A stretch of 64,000 nt of DNA from an uncultured Bdellovibrionales bacterium (GCA_964605525.1 CAZSCV010000002.1:5888-69887), one strand, 5' to 3'. Positions 20,077 to 30,648 are shown, numbered from the stretch's first letter. The notes: a model not told the origin generated them from the sequence alone. A program made the numbers and translations.

Positions 20077-21858
20077 ATGGAAATCAGAAACATTGCAATT
20101 ATTGCCCATGTGGATCATGGAAAAACAACCATTACCGATGCTATTTTGCGCCAAACTGGAATGGTTAGCGATGAAGGTGTCACGATGGATAGCAATGCCT
20201 TGGAGAAAGAAAGAGGGATCACGATTTATTCAAAAAATACATCCATCTTTTATAAGGATACGAAAATCAATATTGTGGATACACCCGGACATGCCGACTT
20301 TGGAAGTGAAGTGGAGCGCGTTTTGAGATCGATCGACAGCGTTGTTTTGGTGGTGGATGCGCAAGAAGGACCGATGCCACAGACGCGTTTTGTGCTTAAG
20401 AAATCCCTAGAATTGGGACTCAAGCCTATTGTAGTGCTTAATAAAATCGACAAGCCAGCCGCTCAGCCGGAAATTGCCAAGGAGCAAGTTTTCGAATTGT
20501 TTTTGGATTTGGGAGCCAGTGATGAACAATTGGAATTTACAACTGTGTATGCGATTGGAAGAGAAGGAATTGCGAAAATGAATTTGGAGGACGATTCAAA
20601 GGATTTAACCCCGCTTCTAGATACGATTTTAAAAGAAGTGGCACCGGCCAAATCGGACATTTCCGTTCCATTTCGAATGCAACCTTTTTCTTTGGGATAT
20701 GATAATTTCTTGGGACGCTTGGCGATTGGAAGGGTATATGAAGGAAAGGTGAAAAGCGGAGAGGTAATAATCAAAAAACCGGATGGAGAAACTCGCAAAG
20801 GGAAAATTATCAAGATTCAAACTTTCAAAGGATTGGTAAAAGAGGATGTTTCCGAGGCGATTGCCGGTGATATTGTGATGGTGGCGGGACTTCCGGATAT
20901 TTTTATCGGAGAAACAATTTGTGAAAATGAAGACCAGCAACCGCTTCCAGCGATCAAGGTTGATGAGCCAACGATTTCTTTGAATTTTATGGTTAATGAT
21001 TCTCCTTTTGCTGGACGCGAGGGAAAATTTGTGACAAATAAGCAAATTCGCGAGAGATTAGAAAAAGAACTTGAGGTAAATGTAGGACTTCGAATTGATT
21101 TTTCCTCCGATTCATATAAAGTTTACGGAAGAGGAGAATTGCATATTGCTGTGCTTCTTGAGAATATGCGTCGGGAAGGATTTGAAATTCAAGCTTCTCA
21201 GCCACAGGTTATTATCAAGGAAGATGGTGGGCAGAAAATGGAACCATTTGAAGAGGTAACCGTGGATGTTCCCGAGGCATTGTCTGGATCGGTGATTGAA
21301 AAAATTGGAAAACGGCAAGGAATAATGACAGAAATGAAACAGCGCAATGGACAAACGAGGATGATTTTTGCCGCTCCGACGAGAGGAATTTTGGGTTATC
21401 GAAGCCAGTTTATTGTTGATACGAAAGGTGAAGGAATTTTTTCCAGCCGGTTTTTGGAATTTCGTCCTTATGTCGGAGAAATTAAGAAGCGCAATGTTGG
21501 TTCAATGATTTCAATGATTGGCGGAAAAGCATTGGGATTTTCTTTGGCAAATCTTCAAGAGCGTGGAGTTTTGTATATTGGAGCGGGAACTGAAGTGTAT
21601 GAAGGGATGGTTATTGGCAATGTTTCCAAGGGGGAGGATATGTCGGTTAATCCAATCAAGGGAAAGCAACTTACGAATATGCGCGCCAGCGGTACGGATG
21701 ATGCAATTCAGCTTGTTCCTCCGACGAAATTGGATATTGAGAAGGGAATGGAATTGATGGCGGAAGATGAGTATTTGGAAGTGACCCCGCAAAGCGTCCG
21801 CCTGAGGAAACAATATTTGACTGAAAATGACAGAATAAGAGCAAAGAGGAAGAAATAA
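20077..21858 (+). CDS. typA: translational GTPase TypA/BipA
   Basis: [44 protein letters not shown]; ~600-aa BipA architecture. Confidence 0.92.
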   Translation: MEIRNIAIIAHVDHGKTTITDAILRQTGMVSDEGVTMDSNALEKERGITIYSKNTSIFYKDTKINIVDTPGHADFGSEVERVLRSIDSVVLVVDAQEGPMPQTRFVLKKSLELGLKPIVVLNKIDKPAAQPEIAKEQVFELFLDLGASDEQLEFTTVYAIGREGIAKMNLEDDSKDLTPLLDTILKEVAPAKSDISVPFRMQPFSLGYDNFLGRLAIGRVYEGKVKSGEVIIKKPDGETRKGKIIKIQTFKGLVKEDVSEAIAGDIVMVAGLPDIFIGETICENEDQQPLPAIKVDEPTISLNFMVNDSPFAGREGKFVTNKQIRERLEKELEVNVGLRIDFSSDSYKVYGRGELHIAVLLENMRREGFEIQASQPQVIIKEDGGQKMEPFEEVTVDVPEALSGSVIEKIGKRQGIMTEMKQRNGQTRMIFAAPTRGILGYRSQFIVDTKGEGIFSSRFLEFRPYVGEIKKRNVGSMISMIGGKALGFSLANLQERGVLYIGAGTEVYEGMVIGNVSKGEDMSVNPIKGKQLTNMRASGTDDAIQLVPPTKLDIEKGMELMAEDEYLEVTPQSVRLRKQYLTENDRIRAKRKK

Positions 21859-21950
21859 CCTTTACATTTTTTGAGATTGTTGTATTTTTATATTCAGTTG
21901 TTTTATGGTTCTTTTTTTATTTTATTCTTTTCTTAAAAGGAGGGGGAAGA

Positions 21951-22241
21951 ATGAAAATATGTATCACTAGCGAGAGCAATGAGGCAAAAAGATTAAAGGA
22001 AATTGCTGGCTCAACTGAGGGCATTGAGCTTTGTGATGTGGAAAAAATATATGAAGCAGACGTGGTCATATATTTTTCTTTAAACGATATGAAAAAATAT
22101 TTCGTCCATCCGGATGGAAGAATTATTTTTTTTGTTTATTGCGAATCTCCGATATGGTATTATACTCAGGTTTTAAAATGCGTAACCATTGAAGATTTGG
22201 AAAATAATTTTCCTAAATTCATCGCCGATTGTTGCGCGTGA
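21951..22241 (+). CDS. hypothetical protein (96 aa)
   Basis: Strong SD AAAGGAGGGGGAAG immediately upstream of the ATG; terminator follows; no known motif. Confidence 0.55.
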   Translation: MKICITSESNEAKRLKEIAGSTEGIELCDVEKIYEADVVIYFSLNDMKKYFVHPDGRIIFFVYCESPIWYYTQVLKCVTIEDLENNFPKFIADCCA

Positions 22242-22253
22242 TGATAGTTTCAG

Positions 22254-22290
22254 CAGGGAGGCGCTCACGTAGTGCCCCCTGTATTTTTTA
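22254..22290 (+). terminator. terminator-like GC-rich hairpin (CAGGGAGGCGC..GTGCCCCCTG) followed by TATTTTTTA
   Basis: Imperfect stem plus a T-tract just after the 21951..22241 stop, upstream of secY. Confidence 0.5.
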
Positions 22291-22364
22291 ACTTGAAATA
22301 ATCTTCTTTTTGGTTTATATTTATATAAGAAATGAGTGGGTAATTTTGAAATAATAATAAAAAA

Positions 22365-23636
22365 ATGATTGATAAAATAATGCAGGTTTTTCGGGTAAAA
22401 GAGCTTCGGAATAAGATTTTGTTTATTCTTGGTCTTTTGGTGGTTTTTCGTTTGGCGGCCAACATTCCGGTTCCAGGAGTGGACGTGATCCAATTGCGGA
22501 ATTTTTTTGATGCTAATCAGCTTTTTGGGCTTCTTAATATGTTTTCCGGAGGAGGTTTGGCGAATATCTCCATTGTGCTCTTGGGAGTCGGACCATATAT
22601 TACATCTTCAATTATTATGCAGCTCTTGACGATGATTATTCCTCGGATGGAGCAGCTTTACAAAGAGGAGGGAGAGGCGGGACGGCAAAAGTTCAATATG
22701 ATCACTCGTTGGATTACTGTTCCGCTGGCGGCAATGCAGACCTTTGCAATGATCAGCCTTTTGCGATCCCAGCAAGTTTTGAGTGAATTATCCCCTTTTA
22801 ATATGTTTGTGATTATTGTGGTGGCAACAGCCGGAACGGTGTTTTTGATGTGGCTTGGCGAGTTGATTACGGAAAAGGGAATCGGCAATGGAGTTTCAAT
22901 GATAATTTTCGCCGGAATTGTGGCGAGTATTCCAAGTTCATTTTCTCGCTTGATTGCAACTTTTAATTCAGCTGATTTTTTCAGTTATTTGCTTTTCTTG
23001 GTAATTGGATTGGCAACAATTGCCGGTGTTGTTTTGGTGAATGAGGGACAGCGAAATATTCCAGTTTCCTACGCCAAAAGAATACGCGGAAATCAAACGT
23101 TAGGAGGAACTTCGACGCATTTGCCGCTTCGGGTGAATCAAGCGGGCGTTATTCCGATTATTTTTGCAATTTCAATTATGCTTTTTCCAGGAGTGATTGC
23201 CAGTTTTTTTGCCAATTCTTCTCACCAAGCTGTGGCTAATGCCGCGCAATTTGTAAGTTCTCTTTTTCAAAATCAAATTTTTTACGGAGTGGCATATTTT
23301 TTGATGGTGGTTTTATTTACATATTTTTATACGGCAGTTGTTTTTGATCCGTATAAAATATCCGAGAATTTACAAAAACAAGGAGGATATATTCCGGGAA
23401 TTCGACCGGGTGAATCGACGGCCGTATATTTGAATAAGATTATTAATCGCATCACTCTTTCCGGGTCTTTGTTTTTGGGGCTAATTGCCGTGCTTCCGCT
23501 GGTAGTCCAAGGAATAACAAATATTGCGACAATGACAATTGGAGGAACTAGCATCTTGATTGCAGTTTCCGTGGTTATTGAAATGATCAAGCAAATAGAA
23601 AGCCAGATGGTAATGCGGGATTACGAGGGATTTTAA
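22365..23636 (+). CDS. secY: preprotein translocase subunit SecY
   Basis: 10-TM profile; N-terminal LRNKILFILGLLVVFRLAANIPVPGVD; conserved SecY. Confidence 0.95.
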   Translation: MIDKIMQVFRVKELRNKILFILGLLVVFRLAANIPVPGVDVIQLRNFFDANQLFGLLNMFSGGGLANISIVLLGVGPYITSSIIMQLLTMIIPRMEQLYKEEGEAGRQKFNMITRWITVPLAAMQTFAMISLLRSQQVLSELSPFNMFVIIVVATAGTVFLMWLGELITEKGIGNGVSMIIFAGIVASIPSSFSRLIATFNSADFFSYLLFLVIGLATIAGVVLVNEGQRNIPVSYAKRIRGNQTLGGTSTHLPLRVNQAGVIPIIFAISIMLFPGVIASFFANSSHQAVANAAQFVSSLFQNQIFYGVAYFLMVVLFTYFYTAVVFDPYKISENLQKQGGYIPGIRPGESTAVYLNKIINRITLSGSLFLGLIAVLPLVVQGITNIATMTIGGTSILIAVSVVIEMIKQIESQMVMRDYEGF

Positions 23637-23674
23637 TATAATTTTCAATCAATTTATAACGACCAAACTTCAAA

Positions 23675-24445
23675 ATGGCTATTTCGATTAAAAATGAAAA
23701 AGAAATTGCGCTGATGCGGGAAAGCGGACGGAGACTGGCTCAGGTTATGGTTGAATTGGGAAGGGCGGTACATCCAGGAGTATCAACGCTGGAATTAGAC
23801 AAGCTCGCCGAGGAGCTTGTTTTGCAAAAAGAAGGCATTCCCGCTTTTAAGGGTTATGGAAAAGAAACTGGAAACCCGTTTCCGGCGACTATTTGCGCAT
23901 CGATCAATGATGAAGTTGTACATGGAATTCCTTCTGAAAATGTTGTTTTGAAGGAAGGGGATATTTTGAAAATCGACATCGGGATGAAGTATCAAGGATT
24001 TTTTTCAGATATGGCACGCAGTTTTGGAGTGGGAAATATCGGTGAAAAAGAAAAAAGAATAATTGAAACGGTAAAAAATTCACTTTCTGATGGAATAAAG
24101 AAAATTAAAAAAGGAGGAAGACTGAGTGAATATTCAAAAGCGGTTCAATCTTGTGCGGAAGGTAATGGATATTCAGTGGTTCGAAATTTGGTGGGACATG
24201 GTATTGGAAGAAAATTGCATGAAGATCCTCAAATCCCCAATTATTATAATCGGAAAATGGGAGATTTGAAATTGGAAGTGGGAATGACTTTGGCATTGGA
24301 ACCGATGATAAATGAAGGAGGATATGAAACTCGCCTAGGAGATGATGGCTGGGTATTTAAAACTAAAGACGGAAAACTTAGCGCTCATTGGGAGGACACG
24401 GTTTTGGTGACAGAAAAAGGCGTGGAAATTTTGACAGCGTTATAG
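23675..24445 (+). CDS. map: type I methionine aminopeptidase
   Basis: Conserved MAP metal-binding region (..DIGMKYQGFFSDMARSF.., ..HGIG..); follows secY with no adk between them. Confidence 0.93.
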   Translation: MAISIKNEKEIALMRESGRRLAQVMVELGRAVHPGVSTLELDKLAEELVLQKEGIPAFKGYGKETGNPFPATICASINDEVVHGIPSENVVLKEGDILKIDIGMKYQGFFSDMARSFGVGNIGEKEKRIIETVKNSLSDGIKKIKKGGRLSEYSKAVQSCAEGNGYSVVRNLVGHGIGRKLHEDPQIPNYYNRKMGDLKLEVGMTLALEPMINEGGYETRLGDDGWVFKTKDGKLSAHWEDTVLVTEKGVEILTAL

Positions 24446-24520
24446 CCGTATTTCAAAAAATGCGCGGGGAAGTTTTTAATAATTGTTTGTGAAAAACCCG
24501 GGAAATAGTTGTTGAATTTT

Positions 24521-24931
24521 ATGAATGATGGGGGTAAAAAATATTTGGGAATTGATTGGGGAAGCGCTAAAATTGGATTGGCGGTTGCCGACAGTGAAAC
24601 GGCAATTTCTTTTGGATATGGAAAAATATCAAACGACAAAAATTTGCTGGATAATTTAATGAAGATAATTTCCGATGAAAAAATTGATGCGGTTGTGATT
24701 GGAATTCCTGAGCATATTGTTCGAAAAGGAGAAAATTTTGAAGGCAGAATTTTGGGAGATGAAATTGAAAAAAAAGCGAAGGTTAAAGTATGTTATCAAA
24801 ATGAAATGTTTACCACGAAAATGGCTAATATCAATTTGATTAAACAGGGAAAAAAGAAGCTCAAGGAGTTTGACGATAAAGAATCCGCCAGAATAATATT
24901 GCAAGAATGGCTGGATAATAACTTCAAATAG
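24521..24931 (+). CDS. ruvX: RuvX/YqgF putative pre-16S rRNA nuclease (Holliday junction resolvase-like)
   Basis: KYLGIDWGSAKIGLAVAD..DAVVIGIP motifs; start set at ATG 24521. Confidence 0.85.
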   Translation: MNDGGKKYLGIDWGSAKIGLAVADSETAISFGYGKISNDKNLLDNLMKIISDEKIDAVVIGIPEHIVRKGENFEGRILGDEIEKKAKVKVCYQNEMFTTKMANINLIKQGKKKLKEFDDKESARIILQEWLDNNFK

Positions 24932-24999
24932 TCTTTTATCTTATTTTGTGGTATATTATTTAAAGACAGGATAAATGTTTTAAATTTTAAAAAAAATCA

Positions 25000-25752
25000 A
25001 TGGAAAATAAACCATATTTGTCAGTTATTATTCCGGCATACCGGGAGGAAGAGAGAATTGGCAGGAATTTGATGGAGATTGAGAAATATCTCAAAGGAAA
25101 AAATTTTGATTATGAAATTTTGGTCGTTGTTGATGGTTCTCCGGATAATACTGCCGAAGTGGCAAGAAATTATTCCCAGCAGATTGATAACTTGAGAGTA
25201 ATTGACAATCCGGAAAATCATGGAAAAGGCTATGTTGTCAGACAAGGTCTTTTAGAAGCGAAAGGAAAATTCCGTCTTTTTTTGGATGCGGATGGGTCAA
25301 CTTCAATTAATCATCTGGATAAATTTTTGCCTGAAATCGAAAAAGAAGGCAATGACATTGTAATTGGATCGCGTGATATTGATGGAGCATTCATCCAAAT
25401 CCATCAGCCTAGGCATCGAGAGCTGATGGGTGATGCTGGAAATTGGTTAATTCGAATTGTTTTGGGATTGTGGTCATTTCCTGATACGCAATGCGGGTTT
25501 AAAATGCTCAGTGAAAAGGCGGCACAGGAAGTGGCAAGTCGAATGGTTGTTGATCGTTTCGGATTTGATTTTGAATTGATTATTCTGGCGAAGAAGTTGG
25601 GATTTGAGATTAAGCAATTGCCGGTGCGCTGGATGAATGAAGAGGGTTCAACAGTCGGTCTCACAGGGCCAAATGGTTTTATTCAGGTATTGATTGATTT
25701 GTTTAAAACTAAATGGAGATTGATTACGGGGAAATATAATATAAAAAAATAA
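25000..25752 (+). CDS. GT2 glycosyltransferase (dolichyl-phosphate / polyprenyl-phosphate glycosyltransferase-like)
   Basis: LSVIIPAYREEERI..VVVDGSPDNT..DADGS GT-A fold motifs. Confidence 0.85.
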   Translation: MENKPYLSVIIPAYREEERIGRNLMEIEKYLKGKNFDYEILVVVDGSPDNTAEVARNYSQQIDNLRVIDNPENHGKGYVVRQGLLEAKGKFRLFLDADGSTSINHLDKFLPEIEKEGNDIVIGSRDIDGAFIQIHQPRHRELMGDAGNWLIRIVLGLWSFPDTQCGFKMLSEKAAQEVASRMVVDRFGFDFELIILAKKLGFEIKQLPVRWMNEEGSTVGLTGPNGFIQVLIDLFKTKWRLITGKYNIKK

Positions 25753-25761
25753 TCTTTCTTT

Positions 25762-26823
25762 ATGGAGATAGAAATATCCGCTTCTGGCGGAAAAAAATCA
25801 AAAGAAAATCAAGAAGAATGTGAAAAAAACAATGACGCCTCTGAGCTGCGTCAGGATTTGGTGACCGGTGATTGGGTGGTGATTGCAACCGGGCGTGCCA
25901 AACGTCCTGAAGATTTTTCCAAAAACATTCGTCAGATTCCCGAAGACGATCTGAATAAATGTCTTTTTTGCGATCCGGAAAAAACCGGGCAGGAGAAAGA
26001 CGTTTTGATTTATCGCCAGGATGATGGAGAGTGGACGCTGCGAGTTTTTCCAAATAAATATCCAGCTTTTTCCCATTCTTGCGTTCCAAAATCTTTGTCA
26101 GAGGGGCCGTATTTTTCAATGACTGGATTTGGATATCATGAAGTTCTTGTGACACGGGATCATAGGCGGCATATGGCGCTTTTAAGTGAAATGGAAATTG
26201 CCGAGGTTTTTGATGCTTATCAAGACCGTTATCTTTCTTTAATGAAGGAAAAAAATGTGAATTATATCAGCATTTTCCATAACCACGGAAAAGAGGCCGG
26301 GGCTTCAATTGCCCATCCGCATTCGCAGTTGATGGCGATTCCGGCAATTTCTCCTTATGTGAAGTCAGAATTGGATGGAGCGGAAAATTATTTCCGTTCA
26401 AATGGAAACTTTGTTTATGGAATAATGGCGGAACATGAAAGCCAGGAAAAAACCCGGGTGGTTTTTGAAAATGACCGGTTTATTGCATTTTGCCCTTTTT
26501 CAAGTCGCGCCGCATTTGAAGTTTGGGTAATGCCGAAATACCAGCAGCCTTATTTTGAAAGAACTAACAATGAAGACAAATTGAAATTGGCGGAAGTTTT
26601 CAAAAAAGCCATGCAAGGAATATATGAAGCATTAAAAGATCCGGCTTATAATTTTTACATCCATACTGCTCCGTGCGATGGAAGAGATTACCCTTCGTAT
26701 CGCTGGCATATTGAGATTTTGCCTCATACTGCAAATTGGGCGGGATTTGAATTAGAAACCGGGATTGAAATTTCTACCATTCAACCTGAAGTAGCAGCGG
26801 AGTATATAAGAAAACAATTTTAA
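25762..26823 (+). CDS. GalT-like HIT-family nucleotidyltransferase (galactose-1-phosphate uridylyltransferase / ADP-glucose phosphorylase family)
   Basis: CLFCD zinc motif near the N-terminus and the HPHSQ histidine-triad active-site motif (FHNHGKEAGASIAHPHSQLMA). Confidence 0.6.
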   Translation: MEIEISASGGKKSKENQEECEKNNDASELRQDLVTGDWVVIATGRAKRPEDFSKNIRQIPEDDLNKCLFCDPEKTGQEKDVLIYRQDDGEWTLRVFPNKYPAFSHSCVPKSLSEGPYFSMTGFGYHEVLVTRDHRRHMALLSEMEIAEVFDAYQDRYLSLMKEKNVNYISIFHNHGKEAGASIAHPHSQLMAIPAISPYVKSELDGAENYFRSNGNFVYGIMAEHESQEKTRVVFENDRFIAFCPFSSRAAFEVWVMPKYQQPYFERTNNEDKLKLAEVFKKAMQGIYEALKDPAYNFYIHTAPCDGRDYPSYRWHIEILPHTANWAGFELETGIEISTIQPEVAAEYIRKQF

Positions 26824-26831
26824 TTTTAAAT

Positions 26832-27452
26832 ATGATTGCTGATTTAATTTCATTTTTGGCGCAGTTTATAATCTGGGGAATAGACCTGTTGGGATATGCG
26901 GGAGTGGCCTTGATGATGGCAATTGAGTCCGCTTGTATTCCGCTTCCATCTGAAATAATTATGCCTTTTTCCGGTTACCTGGTTTCTATTGGAAAATTTT
27001 CTCTGTGGGGAGTTTCTTTCGCCGGAGCGATCGGGTGCGTAATTGGAAGTGCAGTGGCTTATTGGGTGGGTTATTATGGCGGACGGCCGGCGGCGGAAAA
27101 ATATGGAAAATATATTTTGGTTACGCGCCACGATTTGGATATTGCGGATAATTTTTTCAAAAAATACGGCAATGCCGCAGTTTTTATTTCCCGGATGCTT
27201 CCTGTGGTACGAACTTTCATTTCACTTCCGGCAGGAATTGCCAAGATGAATTTTCCCAAGTTTATTGCCTACACTTTTGCCGGTTCGTTGCCATTTTGCT
27301 ATATTTTGGCATATATCGGAAAGGAATTGGGCGATAATTGGGATACGCTTGGTGTATATTTCCACAAATTTGACGCGGTAATCGGAATATTGATTTTTAT
27401 TAGCCTGATTTGGTTTGTGCGCCGGCATATAAATATAAAAAACCTCGCGTAA
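26832..27452 (+). CDS. DedA/SNARE-associated (TVP38) family membrane protein
   Basis: Conserved DedA core with multiple TM segments. Confidence 0.8.
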   Translation: MIADLISFLAQFIIWGIDLLGYAGVALMMAIESACIPLPSEIIMPFSGYLVSIGKFSLWGVSFAGAIGCVIGSAVAYWVGYYGGRPAAEKYGKYILVTRHDLDIADNFFKKYGNAAVFISRMLPVVRTFISLPAGIAKMNFPKFIAYTFAGSLPFCYILAYIGKELGDNWDTLGVYFHKFDAVIGILIFISLIWFVRRHINIKNLA

Positions 27453-27457
27453 ATAAT

Positions 27458-28234
27458 ATGAATACAAAAAAAATAATAGTTGGAAATTTGAAGATGAATC
27501 TCATAACCCTCTCCGAAAGAGATGGTTATTTGAAGTTGTTAAAAAGTGAGATAAAAAAAATGAAAAATGATGGAAGTTGGGAATTGATTTTGTGTGTTCC
27601 TTTTGTTCATTTGGATTTTTTTTCCAAAAATTTGAAAGGAAAAAATATTTATCCGGGAGTGCAGAATATTTTTTGGGATGAGCGAGGTTCGTTTACGGGA
27701 GAAATTTCTCCGGTTATGGCGAAAGAATACGGGGCGAAATATTCAATTGTCGGGCACAGCGAAAGGCGGAGATATTTCAATGAAAGCGACCAGGAAGTAA
27801 ATAAAAAAATAAAAATAGCGATTAAAAATCAAATAACTCCGATTTTATGTGTCGGAGAAACTTCGGATGAAAGGAGTAGGGGAATGACAAAGGAAATTGT
27901 TTCCCATCAATTGCTGGACGGACTTGAGGGAGTTTTACCTTTGCAATCGGAGAAAATAATTGTTGTTTATGAGCCTGCTTGGGCAGTGGGATCTGACATT
28001 GAACCTACTAGCAATGAAATAATGGAAGCGCGGATACTGGTTCGCAAGCTTTTGACTCAAAAATATGGGGAAGCTGTTGCCGGAAAAGTGAAAGTTTTGT
28101 ATGGAGGATCGGTGAAAGCGAAGTTGGTAAAAAAAGTTTGCCTTGATCCGCAAATGGACGGAGTTCTTGTCGGGAGAGAAAGTTTGGCGCCGGTTAATCT
28201 GATTGAAATAATTCAAAGTCTTGTCAAATGTTAA
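27458..28234 (+). CDS. tpiA: triosephosphate isomerase
   Basis: VGNLKMN..VGHSERR..CVGE..YEPAWAVGS catalytic motifs; start set at ATG 27458. Confidence 0.93.
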   Translation: MNTKKIIVGNLKMNLITLSERDGYLKLLKSEIKKMKNDGSWELILCVPFVHLDFFSKNLKGKNIYPGVQNIFWDERGSFTGEISPVMAKEYGAKYSIVGHSERRRYFNESDQEVNKKIKIAIKNQITPILCVGETSDERSRGMTKEIVSHQLLDGLEGVLPLQSEKIIVVYEPAWAVGSDIEPTSNEIMEARILVRKLLTQKYGEAVAGKVKVLYGGSVKAKLVKKVCLDPQMDGVLVGRESLAPVNLIEIIQSLVKC

Positions 28235-28258
28235 AAGTAAAATAAAAAAACAAAAAAT

Positions 28259-29131
28259 ATGATTGTCGGAGTAAATGAAATTTTGAGAAAAGCTAAAGAG
28301 GGGGGATATGCTGTCGGAGCTTTCAATGTCGTAAATATGGAAACTGTTCAGGCTATTTTGCAAGCCGCATCAGAATCTCGTTCTCCTGTAATACTTCAGG
28401 TAACGGAAAAAACAATGGATTACGCGGGAGGGCGGAATATTTTTCAGATTATCAAGAATACAGCCGAATTTTATCATAGCGAAGTTCCGGTAGGAATTCA
28501 CTTGGATCATGGAAAAAGTTTTGAGGTTGTTCAGCGGGCGGTAGAAATCGGATTTGATTCAGTTATGTATGACGGTTCGCGAAGGGAATATGAAGATAAT
28601 TTGGCGATGACAAAAAAGGTGGTGGATTTTTGCCAGAAAAATGCATCAGGAGGAGTGAGTGTTCAGGCTGAGCTCGGGAGCGTTCCATATCTTGGGGAAG
28701 TGGATATGAATGATATTGAATGGGAAAAGTATATGACTGATCCGGGACAGGCTGAGGAATTTGTGAGAGAAACCGGAATTTCTGCTTTGGCAGTGGCAAT
28801 TGGAAATGCTCATGGGTTTGCTAAAGAGCGCAAAGAGCCGGATTATGCGCGTTTGGAGATGATTAACAAAGCGGTGAATATTCCTTTGATTTTGCACGGA
28901 GCTTCCGATTGGGAAAATGGAAGAGTGAAGGAGGTTATTAAACGGGGAATTTGTTGTTTTAATGTGGATACTGCCACCAGAATGGCGTTTATTAATAATA
29001 TTATGTTGGCAATAAAAGATGAGGGTGGAGGTTCGTTTGATATGCGTCGGCTTTTGGGAAATGCCAGAGAGGCAATTAAAGAGGTGGTGAAGACAAAAAT
29101 GAAATATTTCGGAAGTGATGGAAAGATATAA
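28259..29131 (+). CDS. fba: class II fructose/tagatose-bisphosphate aldolase
   Basis: GGYAVGAFNV..PVILQ..IHLDHG..LHGAS class II FBA motifs. Confidence 0.9.
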   Translation: MIVGVNEILRKAKEGGYAVGAFNVVNMETVQAILQAASESRSPVILQVTEKTMDYAGGRNIFQIIKNTAEFYHSEVPVGIHLDHGKSFEVVQRAVEIGFDSVMYDGSRREYEDNLAMTKKVVDFCQKNASGGVSVQAELGSVPYLGEVDMNDIEWEKYMTDPGQAEEFVRETGISALAVAIGNAHGFAKERKEPDYARLEMINKAVNIPLILHGASDWENGRVKEVIKRGICCFNVDTATRMAFINNIMLAIKDEGGGSFDMRRLLGNAREAIKEVVKTKMKYFGSDGKI

Positions 29132-29146
29132 GTATAATTTTAATAT

Positions 29147-29353
29147 ATGTGTTTGGCATATCCTGGGAAAATTAAAAATGTAAAAGGAAAGACCGCCGAA
29201 GTGGATTTTGGCGGTATTTTAAAAGAGGTTAATATTTCTCTGATTGATGCTAAGAGGGGGGATTATGTCATTGTTCATGCCGGATTTGCGATTGAAGTTA
29301 TGAATAAAGAGGAAGGAATTGAAAGTCAGAAATTATTTAAAGGTGGCAAATAA
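29147..29353 (+). CDS. hypC: hydrogenase maturation factor HypC/HybG
   Basis: 68 aa; N-terminal MCLAYPGKI with the essential Cys2. Confidence 0.85.
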   Translation: MCLAYPGKIKNVKGKTAEVDFGGILKEVNISLIDAKRGDYVIVHAGFAIEVMNKEEGIESQKLFKGGK

Positions 29354-29389
29354 TCATCCACGTTTAAATAAAAGATGCCGTTTTTCCAA

Positions 29390-29527
29390 GAAATAATGAA
29401 TTTTTATTTTTCCAATTGTCCCCTTTGGTTAATGTATTTTTTCTTTGTCGACACTCGGTTGGCTCGTGCGTGAAGTTTTTGTTATATACGCACAAAGACA
29501 AGAGTAAAAATAAAAATTCATTATTTC
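29390..29527 (+). repeat. 138-bp element with 22-bp perfect terminal inverted repeats (GAAATAATGAATTTTTATTTTT / AAAAATAAAAATTCATTATTTC) and an internal GC hairpin, in the hypC-hypD spacer
   Basis: Arms at 29390-29411 and 29506-29527 are exact reverse complements; inner GTGCGT..ACGCAC stem. Confidence 0.8.
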
Positions 29528-29608
29528 TCGGAAAAGAATATAAAAATTATTTAAATGTGTAAATATTCTAGTTATTTGGTTAAGTCTTATATCGTAAAGG
29601 TAAAATAA

Positions 29609-30643
29609 ATGCAGCAAGAATCGATCAAAGAAATTAAAAAATTGGCCAAGGGAATCGGGCGGGAGGTGAATTTGATGGAGGTTTGTGGGACGCATACGCA
29701 GGCGATTAGTCGGAGTGGAATTCGCGGAATTTTGCCGAAAAATATCAACTTGATTACCGGACCGGGATGTCCGGTTTGTGTTACCTCGCAAAAGGATATT
29801 GATGCGATTGTGAGTTTGGCGCTGGCGGGAATTCCAGTGGCGACTTATGGCGATATGTTGAGAGTGCCGGGAAGGTTTGGAAGTTTGAATGAGGCGCGCG
29901 AAAAAGGGGCCGCGGTTTTTGATGTTTATTCGACCGAAGACGCTTTGAAATTGCAAAAAAAACATCCGGAGTTGGTTTTTTTCGGATTGGGATTTGATAC
30001 GACGGCGCCGATGACGGCGTGGGCGATTAAAAAAGGATTAACAACATATTCTACACACAAGACTTTTCTTCCGGCAATGAAAGCTTTGCTTGAGATGGGG
30101 GAAATAAGGATAGACGGATTCATCGATCCGGGACACGTGAGCGCGATAATCGGGAGCGAGCCGTATGAAGTTCTCAATGTTGCGCAGGTGATAACCGGAT
30201 TTGAGACGCAAGATATTTTGGAAGGAATTTTGATGTTGCTGCGCCAAATAAAAGATGAGCGAAAAGATGTGGAGAATCAATATTCCAGAGTGGTGAAGAA
30301 AGAAGGAAATGAAAAAGCGCGCGGTTTGATTTTGGAAGTTTTCGAAATCGGAAACGGTGATTGGCGCGGGTTCGGAATAATTCCCGGATCGGGATTGGAA
30401 ATCAAAAATGAATTTTCAAAATATGACGCGAAGAAAAAGCACAAAAATATCCTGGATAAAATCGATTTTGAAAAATCAAAAGACCCTGCCGGGTGCGCGT
30501 GCGGCGAGGTGATTCGTGGCTTGAAAACGCCAAAAAAATGCCCGATGTTCGGAAAAAGATGCACCCCGGAAAATCCAGTCGGACCGTGTATGGTATCGGT
30601 GGAAGGCGCTTGTAATAATTTTTTCAAAGAAAACAACCAATAA
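29609..30643 (+). CDS. hypD: hydrogenase maturation factor HypD
   Basis: CGTH, GPGCPVCV and the C-terminal CxxC..CxxC (CACGEV, CPMFGKRC) HypD motifs. Confidence 0.92.
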   Translation: MQQESIKEIKKLAKGIGREVNLMEVCGTHTQAISRSGIRGILPKNINLITGPGCPVCVTSQKDIDAIVSLALAGIPVATYGDMLRVPGRFGSLNEAREKGAAVFDVYSTEDALKLQKKHPELVFFGLGFDTTAPMTAWAIKKGLTTYSTHKTFLPAMKALLEMGEIRIDGFIDPGHVSAIIGSEPYEVLNVAQVITGFETQDILEGILMLLRQIKDERKDVENQYSRVVKKEGNEKARGLILEVFEIGNGDWRGFGIIPGSGLEIKNEFSKYDAKKKHKNILDKIDFEKSKDPAGCACGEVIRGLKTPKKCPMFGKRCTPENPVGPCMVSVEGACNNFFKENNQ

Positions 30644-30648
30644 AAAAT

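Noticed and set aside
29429-29965. 178-aa minus-strand ORF spanning the hypC-hypD spacer and the hypD 5' end
   Set aside because: Overlaps the inverted-repeat element and the hypD N-terminus in antisense; no motif.
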